Shown: piece after piece, positions 1-9,758 of the stretch
How positions within the stretch are numbered: position 1 is the first letter of the stretch
Layout of the letters: every line of letters begins with the position of its first letter
Source: Octopus sinensis
Taxonomy: Eukaryota
DNA length: 13,044 bases
Reading direction: 5' to 3'
Assembly: GCF_006345805.1 (NCBI RefSeq)
Contig: NW_021826376.1
Span: 1-13,044 of the forward strand
Translations under genes and position numbers: made by a program
The notes under the pieces: model-generated
What the model saw: only the letters and a program-made list of their open reading frames with translations
Database searches by the model: none
What the model was told of the DNA's origin: nothing

Positions 1-368
1 ACCCGAAACTATAACGCAACTACTGCCAGAAATATCATTATCACCACCACCACTATTACCACCACTACCACCACCACCACTATACCCACCACTATCACTA
101 CCACTACAACCTCTACTATCACAACCACCACTACCACCAACACCACCACTATCACCACCACTACAGCCTCTACTATCACAACCACCACTAACACCACCAC
201 CACCAACACCACCACTATCACCACCACTACAGCCTCCACCATTACAACCGCTACCAACACCACCAACGCCACCACCACTAGTACTACGATTAGCACAAGT
301 ATTACCATAACCACTATCACCGTGACATCCTCCTCCTCCTCCTCATCATCACCACCACCACCACCACC
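1..368. repeat. (ACC/ACT)n low-complexity repeat with a higher-order ~55-65 bp unit; frame +1 is open (Thr-rich) to TAG at 388-390
   Basis: Directly visible trinucleotide repeat. The unit accaccactatcaccaccactacagcctc recurs about 3 times between ~85 and 260. Confidence 0.9.
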
Positions 369-497
369 TTTCACTACCGACAGCAATTAGTGAACCACAG
401 AGCGAGACTTTCATCCACAGCTCCGCAAAACGCGCAAGAATTAAAGAAAAAATAACCATTAAAAAAAAACCATGCCAACCAAAATTAAAACAACAGC

Positions 498-730
498 AAT
501 AATAATAATATAATACTAAATAATAATAATAATATAATAATCTAACAATAATAATAATCATACTAATAATAATAATAATAATAATATAACAATAATAATA
601 ATAACAATAAAATAATAATATATTAATAATAATAATAATAATATATCATAATAATAATCATAATAATAATAATAATAATAATAAATGATAATATAATAAT
701 AAACCATAATAACAATAATAATAATAATAA
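498..730. repeat. (AAT)n microsatellite, degenerate
   Basis: Directly visible. Confidence 0.95.
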
Positions 731-1237
731 GAATTAGTAAATGAAATAATATCACACTGTAGATATCTGTTTTTCTCATCGACATTAAGGTTCTACTCTT
801 GTCAAACCGATCCTGGTCTTCTAAAGAGCGAGACACCCCCCACTCACGATGAGTAAAAAAAAAAGGGGAAAAGAAAAAACAGAAAAAAAAAACGAGGAGA
901 AAAAGACAAATATTAGCTTAACTTTGGTTCCAGGGTACAAATATGGAGACAATATTAAGTGGTCAAGATGTAGGTTGATTATATGTTTTTTAGTAGTGGA
1001 TTATATTTAATAATCTGCCTCCTTCACGATCATCTGTCATATCCCATCACTCGCTAAAGGCAGCTCAAGATACTTCAAATGGATACTTTGTGTGTATTTG
1101 TATGTGTGTGTGTGTGTGTGTATATATAAATGTGCACGCTTCTCTTTACCTTCACCCACCACCATCATCATCATCACCGCATACACCGTTACCACCTCAA
1201 GCGTAACCGTCATCTTCCATATACGTATATTTGAATA

Positions 1238-2712
<1,475 letters not shown>

Positions 2713-2744
2713 ATCTATCTATCTATCTATCTGTCTGTCTGTCT
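2713..2744. repeat. (ATCT)n(GTCT)n microsatellite; right flank of the Tx1 element
   Basis: Directly visible immediately after AATAAAGAAACAT. Confidence 0.95.
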
Positions 2745-2790
2745 ACGAACACGCGCACGTACACACACACATATGTATGGATGTATGTAT

Positions 2791-2991
2791 GTCGGTAATG
2801 TGACCAGCGTGTGTACCGTTGGTGATTTTTTACCTCTGTCTTCCCTTCTCTGGATCTTCCCTTCTCCTATGTTTCCGACGAAGAGCTCCGCTCGAAACGT
2901 TAAACCCTCCTTCTTTCCTGAGCGTCCAATAATACTAATATTTGTTCCACGTACTCGCGCTGTTGTGTTTTTTTCTGCTTACTTGTTTGGT

Positions 2992-2995
<4 letters not shown>
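2791..2995 (+). mobile_element. ~200-bp Penelope-like pLTR/non-autonomous retroelement remnant (family A, copy 1), ending in (TA)n
   Basis: Contains a minimal hammerhead motif. Shares GAAGAGC..GCTCGAAACGT, TTCCTGAGCG and ATTTGTT..GTACTC with 8758-8958. The 5' boundary is approximate. Confidence 0.65.
2871..2905 (+). ncRNA. Minimal type I hammerhead ribozyme-like motif (U4C variant core)
   Basis: GUUU-CCGACGA-A-GAGC(UCC)GCUC-GAAAC-GUU/AAAC. Stem I is GUUU:AAAC, stem II is GAGC:GCUC and stem III is the loopless palindrome ACGU. Predicted cleavage after 2901. Confidence 0.7.
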
Positions 2996-3044
<49 letters not shown>

Positions 3045-3072
3045 ATATATAATATATATATATATATATATA
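2996..3072. repeat. (TA)n microsatellite
   Basis: Directly visible. Confidence 0.97.
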
Positions 3073-3115
3073 CTTCTAAATATCTCAGAGAGATATAAGC
3101 AGTAGTGGTACGATG

Positions 3116-3519
3116 GGATCTTTTCGGTTTGAACGGCAGTTTTTTCTAGCGGTGTCATATGAAATTGTCACCCATAATTATGACCCTAGTATCGATCTAT
3201 TGCAATCTGTTTTAGGGTTAGGGTTAGGGGTGGGGGAAGGGTATCTTTTTTCTTCAGAAATGTAAATAAACCCAATCTGTTTCTTAAACGAGGGACATAT
3301 ACGGCACAGAATGTTTTTTTTTTACCTCAATAGACGTCAGTGATTGGTTGGAATTGCAGAAATTGAAGAAAAAAACAACAACAAATATCTTACAAACTAT
3401 AGAATTTTCTCAATAAAGCCATGAGATGTTTTATAAACACATTCTACCAGTATACGAAGTTTAAAAGTTTTAGTTACCTAGAAATTATGTTAAAAGCTGC
3501 CGTTCAAACCGAAAAGATC
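3116..3519 (+). mobile_element. MITE, GGATC-terminal family, with internal (TTAGGG)3 (copy 1)
   Basis: Perfect 23-bp TIR GATCTTTTCGGTTTGAACGGCAG / CTGCCGTTCAAACCGAAAAGATC. Highly similar along its length to 11105-11517. Confidence 0.92.
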
Positions 3520-3571
3520 ACAAATCTGGTTAAAACAAATCTTGTCAACTGCCTTTGTAATAAAATTTTAA

Positions 3572-3600
3572 AATTGTAAAGAGACTTTATGAACACCCTG
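3572..3600. mobile_element. Solo right terminus of a Tc1/mariner-type element
   Basis: Reverse complement reads TA|CAGGGTGTTCATAAAGTCTC, a typical Tc1/mariner end next to TA. No partner TIR was found. Confidence 0.45.
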
Positions 3601-3904
3601 TATATTTACTTATATGTGTACAGTTCTCCCTACTTATAAGGCATATCGCTACATTGCGTCCCCGCATATAACGCGGGTGGTTTGATGGACTCCCAAATAA
3701 TTTGAAGCAGAATTTCCCTTATTATCGCTCACAACTTGCAAAAACCTTGATTAGAAGCAGAATTTCAACTACGAACCACATGGTTCCGGGTTCATTCCTA
3801 CTGCGTGGCACCTTGGGCAAGTGTCTTCCACTATAGCCTCGGGCCGAAAAAAGCCTTGTGAGTGGATTTGGTAGACGGAAACTGAAAGAAGCCCGTCGTA
3901 TATA

Positions 3905-5205
3905 CGAGGGGCGTTCAATAAGTAATGCCCCTGACGCACTTCCCATAGCAGTAGAGCAACGAAACTTGTTATAACGAAACAGTTATTAGTCTTTTTCTAC
4001 ATAGGAAACAACCAGAGTTACGCATTTCTCCCATCGTTGATGCGGCTCTGAGAGACCGTTTTTGTAGAAGAACCCAGCTTGGTCCTCCAACCTCAACGTG
4101 ACTTCAGAAATCAAGGCTGCATCATCTGGGGGAAACGCTTTCCTTTCAAAAACAACTTTATGATTGGGAAGAGGTGTAAAAATCAGAGGGTGCAAGGTCA
4201 GGAAGTAGTGGGGATGGGGAGGAGTTCATAGCCATACGCCTGTGCTTCTTGATCTGGCGACACGCGAGTTGTGGACCGGAGCGTTGTCCTGCAGGAGGAG
4301 GAAGCCTTTGCTGATCTGCCCCGCCTCTTGATTTTGATAACTTCTCTTAATTTCCTCAAAAGTGAAGCATAATAGGCTCCTGCAATTGTGGTACCCTTTG
4401 CCAGGAAATCTGTCATCACTACTCCGTCCTGTCTGGTCCCAGAAGACTGTGAGCATGACCTTGCCAGCGGAGGGCTGCACCCTGCTTTCTTTGGAGGGGG
4501 TGAGTCACGGTGCTTCCACTGCATTGACTGGGCTCTGGTCTATGGATCATCGTGATGCACCCAGGTTTCATCCTGTGTAATCAGTCTTTTGAAAAATTTT
4601 GACTCATCTTCTTGGCACATCTCCAAATTCACCCTCGAGCACTCGACGCGTTCTTGCTTCTGGAAAGGCGTGAGCAACCTGGGAATCCATCTGGCAGACA
4701 CCTTTTGCATATGCAAATGGTCATGAATGATAGTTTCCACAGACCCGGTACTATCTTGACCTCATGGGCTATTGGCGAATAATTATGCGTCGATCTTCCA
4801 AAATGGCAGCCTCAACTTGACGGACAGATGCCTCATCAATGGCAGAAGGGGGCGACCAGATCTGGGAGCTGTTTCCACAGAGTTCCGACCATGTTTGAAT
4901 TCACGATGCCAGCGTTTTACAAGGTCATATGATGGGGCATCATCACCATAAGTTACTTTCATTTCATCAAAGTCTCCCGTGGGTGCGTCCTTTCAAATAC
5001 AAAAAACCGGATCACTGCTCGACACTCAACAGGCTCCATTTCACACTTGATTCGGTTCAAACACCTGTAAATAAGAAACCACAATTATTCATAGCTGTAA
5101 TTTGCCACTTACTCTATAGAGATATAAATGATTGCACATGCAAAATTTCAGCTAGATCAAACAACTGCAAATGGGTCAGAGGCATTACTTATTGAACGTC
5201 TCTCG
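3905..5205 (-). mobile_element. Full-length (1301 bp) mariner transposon, probably irritans-subfamily-like
   Basis: ~31-bp TIRs CGAGGGGCGTTCAATAAGTAATGCCCCTGAC / GTCAGAGGCATTACTTATTGAACGTCTCTCG, with TA TSDs at 3903-3904 and 5206-5207. The subfamily is inferred only from the CGAGGGG terminus. Confidence 0.97.
3986..5039 (-). pseudogene. Mariner transposase (D,D34D type), disrupted by frameshifts and stops
   Basis: MEPVECRAVIRF start, WIPRLL (WVPHEL motif), ITQDETWVHH, SAGKVMLTVFWD, LLQDNAPVH, PDLAPSDF, and RWEKCV..YVEKD stop. Confidence 0.95.
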
Positions 5206-5793
5206 TATATATTTATATATATATGTGTGTGTGTGCGTGTGTGTGTGTATGTTTCTGTGTCTGTGTTTGCCCTCCCAACATCGCTTGTCAACCGATGTTG
5301 GTATGTTTACGTCCCCGTAACTTAGCGGTTCGGCAAAAGTGACCGATAGAATAATTACTAGGCTTACAAAGAATAAGTCCTGGGGTCGATTCGCTCGAAC
5401 GACTAAAGGCGGTGCTCCAGCATGGCCACAGTCAAATGACTGAAACAAGTAAAAGAGTAAAAGAGCAAGTGCATACCTTAATCAACAGCTTGAAAATAAT
5501 ATTGCAATCGGTTACCAAATAATTGGGTGCTAATTATCTGTTTCTTTGATTTTGCGATGAAATCAACACCTTTTCGACCGGCGAGCGCTCTTTTGACAGT
5601 TCGATTTCCACGATTTGATTGGATTGTTTGAAGAAGATTCCTCCAATCAAAGGGTTCGAATGAGACAAGCAAATTAATATTTTCACACTGGAGGTATGTT
5701 TTATATAAAAGTGACACCATATTCCACATCACTTCATTACAATTTCAAGTTATCTTGCAGATATTTGAAAAAAAAATACAGTATGACTACACA

Positions 5794-6823
5794 ATGCCTA
5801 AGAGACAAGGATCGTTTCACTTTGGCCGACAGATTTTTAAAACAATTTCTTTGTAACTAAACACTTTTAACTGATATGAAATATGTCATAAAGAACAGTG
5901 ACATTTTCACATGACACCGCAAATAATTGTTGTTGACACACTACGGCAGAAATTGAATTCACCTCAATAGATGTCATTGATTTGTTGAAATTGCCGAAAT
6001 GCAGAAATTAAACAACAATAGCTTACAAATACAGAATTCTCAAGAAAGCCAAGAGAAAAAGATGTTTTATAAACACATTCTACCAGTATACGAAGTTTAA
6101 AAGTGTTTAGTTACAAAGAAATTATTTTAAAAATCTGCCGGTCAAAGCGAAAAGATCCAGAGGTAGTCCTATTCTGTAAAGGAAAAGTTAGATCTGGTTG
6201 AATGTATTCGAAATGGCGAAAGCAAAGCCAAACTATCGAGAAAGACTGGTGTTCCGGAGTCCACCCTGTGTGGTTGGGTTAAGGATGAGGCTAACCTCAG
6301 GAGTTATGTAAATACAGTTGTGGACAGTGAGGGCCTAGCTAGGAAGAAGGCCAGGACTGCCAATGACAGTGAACTTCAGAAAGTAGTTTTCACCTGGTTT
6401 GTCCAGGAGCAGAGTGGCAGCACCCCCACTGTCAGGCGCCATTAGCAGAACCCAGGCAGAGAAGTTTTATAGCCAGCTGCATCTAGAGCAACCTGACCAG
6501 ACTGATCAGCAGACCTTTCTAGTCAACAAGGGGTGACTGTACAGGTTCCAGAAGCGCTATTGGTATAGGTTCTGTCAAGATCAGTGGGAATCAGAGATCA
6601 GCAGACAGCCAAGCTGCAGATGACTTCCCAGCTACTCTGAAGCAGCATATGGAAGCAGAATACCTCACCCCAGAACAACTGTGCAATGCAGATGAGTCCG
6701 GCCTCTTCTGGAAGATACTACCAAACAACACTAACAGTAGCAACAGATGTTCATAACACCTTGGACTACAAACAGGCAAAGAACAGACTGTGCCAGAAGA
6801 AGCTGAGAGACTTTTTTATGTGA
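5794..6823 (+). pseudogene. pogo/Tigger (CENP-B/Jerky-like) transposase relic: two HTH domains, start of the DDE domain, then the C-terminus; interrupted by a MITE at 5809-6158
   Basis: MPKRQ [MITE] SYSVKEKLDLVECIRNGESKAKLSRKTGVPESTLCGWVK..RKKARTA..VVFTWF..KG*LYRFQKRY..NADESGLFWKILP..KNRLCQKKLRDFFM*. AATAAA follows at ~6827. Confidence 0.9.
5809..6158. mobile_element. MITE related to the GGATC family, with ~65-bp TIRs and no TTAGGG tract
   Basis: GGATC...GATCC termini. The right ~200 bp is homologous to the right part of 3116-3519. It is inserted after codon 5 of the Tigger ORF. Confidence 0.88.
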
Positions 6824-6925
6824 TTGAATAAAAAACAATTAAATGTGAACCTTCATACAATGTAACTTTATTAATTAAACATACTTTTAAGGGTTTTCAA
6901 ATCATTCACCAGGTGGCATGACACC

Positions 6926-7411
6926 TGTAATGATATGCATAAGATCTGGTATCAAATCTAAGTAGAGATTTCAAACTTAAAATCTTCAAAGCCACAGTCG
7001 AACCATTCTACTATATGGCTCAGAAACCTGGACGTTATCAATCAGAAGCTTGAGAGGCGGTGGATGGAACTTACACTTGCTCCTTATGAGAGCTTAAATC
7101 TCTCGTGAAAGCGTCATCCAACCAAAGTACAAATATATGGGAAGTTACCCCTGTATCATCTCTTGTGAAAGGTAGAAGAGTCCAGTTTGCTGGACATTGT
7201 TGTAGAGCTAAAAAGAGGTAATTTCTACTCTTCTCCTCTGGAAGCCATCTGCTCACGATACCAGAGGGCGCAAACTCTCCTACCCTGATGTAATCTCCAG
7301 GAATACAGGCATCTAGCAACAGGACCTCCGTGATGCTATGATGGACCGTGAAGCCTGATGTAAAATAGTAAATTCCATTGTCTCGACCACGGTCGAACAA
7401 TGATGATGATG
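6926..7411 (+). mobile_element. 5'-truncated RTE-clade LINE (ORF C-terminus plus (TGA)n tail)
   Basis: Degenerate translation CNDMHKIW..KLKIFKATVEP-LLYGSETWTLS..RRVQFAGHC. (TGA)n tail and an 8-bp TSD ATGACACC at 6918-6925 and 7412-7419. Confidence 0.9.
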
Positions 7412-7569
7412 ATGACACCAGATATGCAATGTAAAAGCATTTCGTAAGTATTTATTGAAAATTCTTATTTTAGAGTCAACAAGAACTGCTCACGGAAGTA
7501 AACAATGTAAATATTTTTGAAAAGTTGTTGTAAGTGCTGTAATTAATGATATTTTGTAATTTATTGTTA

Positions 7570-7944
7570 TCTCTCTATATATAAACGGCAGTTTGTCTGT
7601 GCGTGTTTCTGTGTGTCTGTCAGGTTGTACCCTCACCCTGACCACGGCTTTCAACGATCTGATTCTGATGAAACTTGACACACACATAGCCCAATGTCAT
7701 AATTCAAAACTAACGCAGCGAAAATTTTGTAAAGTTCCTCCAGTTCTGAAAAAAATCGATAAAATCGACATGGGTCGAGAATCAGAAACAAACCACAGAC
7801 TGTCTAGGGGACGCAACTCAACCTTTTTTAACTAAAAAAAAAAATTTACCATCATTTTTTTGCTATTTTTTGGCTATAACTCTCTAAAAATGCTTTATAG
7901 TTATTTCCCTTACAAAACTGAGCAACGCCGGGCGATACTGCTAG
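7570..7944 (+). mobile_element. Non-autonomous Helitron
   Basis: A|TCTCTCTATATATAAA 5' end, internal TCTG/TG repeat, subterminal GC hairpin CTGAGCAACGCCGGG (7918-7932), CTAG|T 3' end. Inserted between A and T with no TSD. Confidence 0.88.
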
Positions 7945-8197
7945 TTGTATAATACATGTTAAACTTGATTGAATTATATATATATATTTTCGTTCGTGCA
8001 CTTTACTAATCAAACAAAATATCTCATTTTCTTCTATTATCGCCTGTTCCCTCACTTACCCATGAAACCGCGGCCCGGATGGGACGCGGTTGGTTTTTAG
8101 AGCCCATCACCCGCATTTAGAGAGGGGAGTACTGTATTATATGCGTGTGTCTGTATATATATATATATGCATATACGTGTAATATGGTGTGTGTATG

Positions 8198-8222
8198 TCT
8201 CTCTCTCTCTCTCTCTCTCTGT

Positions 8223-8285
<63 letters not shown>
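8198..8285. repeat. (TC)n and (TA)n microsatellites
   Basis: Directly visible. Confidence 0.95.
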
Positions 8286-8286
<1 letters not shown>

Positions 8287-8700
8287 CCAGAGGTGTGGTG
8301 GTTGTGTAGTAAGAAGCTTGGTTACCAACTACATGGTTCCGGTTTCAGTCCCACTGCGTGGCACTCGGGCAAGTGTCTTCTATAGTTTCGGGCCGACGAA
8401 AGCCTTGTGAGTGGATTTGGTAGACGGAAACTGAAAGAAGCCCGTCGTGTATATATGTATATATTTATGTGTGTGTTTTTATGTCTGTGTTTGTCCGACC
8501 ACCACCACCATCACCATCCCTTGACAGCCGATGTTGGTGTGTTTACGCCCCCGAAACTTATCGGTTCGCCAAAAGAGACGGAAAGAATAAGTACTAGTCT
8601 TATAAAAAATAAGTCCTAGGATTGATTTGCTCGACTAAAGGCGGTGTAACAACATGGCAGCATTCAAATACTGAAACGCGTAAAAGAGGGAAAGAGAGAG
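8286..8700 (+). mobile_element. tRNA-derived SINE, family 1, uninterrupted copy
   Basis: Degenerate A box (~8299) and B box GGTTTCAGTCC (8341-8351), central (TA)/(TG) tract and purine-rich tail. Homologous to 3773-5465 and 11762-12438. Confidence 0.9.
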
Positions 8701-8721
8701 TATGTGTATACACACGTGTGT

Positions 8722-8757
<36 letters not shown>

Positions 8758-8760
<3 letters not shown>

Positions 8761-8958
8761 CGCCATGATAGATCGTTAGCTCCTACACGCATTTTTTTCT
8801 CTCCTTGTTTTTTTTTCTGTGTATCTTTCTGTCGAAGAGCGTAGGCTCGAAACGTAAAAGACTTGTTCTATTTCTATTCCTGAGCGCCATACTTATACAT
8901 TTGTTTGTTTGTACTCCACCTGCCTTCGTCTTTTGTTTATTTTCGTAAACCTTCCCAT
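8758..8958 (+). mobile_element. 201-bp Penelope-like pLTR/non-autonomous retroelement remnant (family A, copy 2) inside (TA)n
   Basis: Flanked by (TA)n at 8724-8757 and 8959-8978. Carries a hammerhead motif and the downstream motifs shared with 2791-2995. Confidence 0.7.
8824..8861 (+). ncRNA. Minimal type I hammerhead ribozyme-like motif (A6U variant core)
   Basis: UCUUU-CUGUCGA-A-GAGC(GUAG)GCUC-GAAAC-GUA/AAAGA. Stem I UCUUU:AAAGA covaries with copy 1. Predicted cleavage after 8856. Confidence 0.7.
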
Positions 8959-8979
8959 TATATATATATATATATATAA

Positions 8980-9537
8980 TGTGACAATTATTCGGTAGCC
9001 ATTATAAAACTCCGAGTTTCGGATGTCGGGGCGGAAACCCACGCCGGCATCTCTTCAGTTGTCAGGCCATCGAAAAAAATGCTATGAAAATGACCGTTAA
9101 AACAAAGGGAAATTATTGTGTGATTGACCGTTATTAAGACAAAAGAGCTATTAGAATGACCGGTAAGTAAGGGAAGGGAGTAAAGGTAAGGGAGTAAAAA
9201 TGCTCATAGTAATCGCGTAACCGCGCATGTGTATGTATGGACATGCGCGCTTACGCGCTTACCTTTCCTTTACTACCCTCCCCTTACTTAGCGGTCATTC
9301 TAATACTTCTTTTGTCTTAATAACGGTCAATCACACAGTAATTTCCCTTTGTTTTAATGGTTGTTTTCGTAGCATTGTTTTCGATGGCCTGACTGTGTTT
9401 CCGCCCGACATCCGAAACTCGGAGTTTTATCATGGCTACCGAATAATTGTCACATATTATATTTACAGATAAATTCCTCTATTTACATAATATCGAGGTC
9501 TCTTTCTTTCTTTTGTTATCTTACCATTACTATCAAT
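8980..9537. mobile_element. Foldback element: 475-bp inverted repeat (8980-9454) plus an ~80-bp unique tail; probably an inverted-pLTR Penelope-like insertion (family B)
   Basis: Arms are complementary from TGTGACAATTATTCGGTAGCC inward to CGCGCATGT/ACATGCGCG around a 10-nt loop (9231-9240). There is a hammerhead motif in the arm, TA-repeat flanks and no clear TSD. Confidence 0.7.
9002..9064 (-). ncRNA. Type I hammerhead ribozyme motif with an intact core and long stem II
   Basis: Minus strand reads UGACAA-CUGAAGA-GAUGCCGGCGUGG(GUUU)CCGCCCCGACAUC-C-GAAACUCGGAGUU/UUAUAA. Stem II has 11 of 13 pairs, stem III is near-palindromic ACUC-G-GAGU and stem I is imperfect. Confidence 0.72.
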
Positions 9538-9549
9538 ATATATATTACA

Positions 9550-9758
9550 CCACACATACATACATACATCATACACACATACATGCTTGCATACATACAA
9601 CATACATTACATCATACATACATACAATACATCATACATACAACACACACATACATGCATACATACATACATACATACATACATACATGCATACATACAT
9701 GCATACACACATACATACATACATACATACATACATACATACATACATACATACACAC
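9550..9758. repeat. (ATAC)n microsatellite
   Basis: Directly visible. Confidence 0.95.

Larger units (their letters stand above)
3773..5465 (+). mobile_element. tRNA-derived SINE, family 1 (5'-truncated), split by the mariner at its internal (TA)n(TG)n tract
   Basis: 3773-3902 and 5208-5465 match the two halves of the uninterrupted copy at 8286-8700. B-box-like GGTTCATTCC at ~3789 and a GTAAAAGA tandem tail. Confidence 0.9.
3621..8134 (+). mobile_element. pogo/Tigger DNA transposon (internally deleted) hosting five nested insertions
   Basis: TA|CAGTTCTCCC at 3621 pairs with GGGAGTACTG|TA ending at 8134. Similar subterminal motifs (CCG.AT...ACGCGG.TGGTTT) occur at ~3662 and ~8076. A CENP-B-type transposase relic lies between them. 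Confidence 0.7.

Noticed and set aside
9-836. Val-, Tyr- and Ile-rich minus-strand ORFs
   Set aside because: They are translations of (GGT/AGT)n and (ATT)n repeats and are open only because of low complexity.
3212-3229. (TTAGGG)3 as a telomere or chromosome-fusion scar
   Set aside because: It is a fixed internal part of a MITE and recurs at the same position in the second copy.
5478-5732. 84-aa minus-strand ORF
   Set aside because: No recognisable motif, and it lies within the inferred Tigger 5' region.
6160-6790. Domesticated CENP-B/TIGD/Jerky host gene
   Set aside because: It has stops, frameshifts, a MITE insertion and flanking TIRs with TA TSDs, so it is a dead transposon.
7665-7676. 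CTGATGAAAC as a fourth hammerhead core
   Set aside because: There is no stem II between CTGATGA and GAAA and no stems I or III. It is an internal Helitron sequence.
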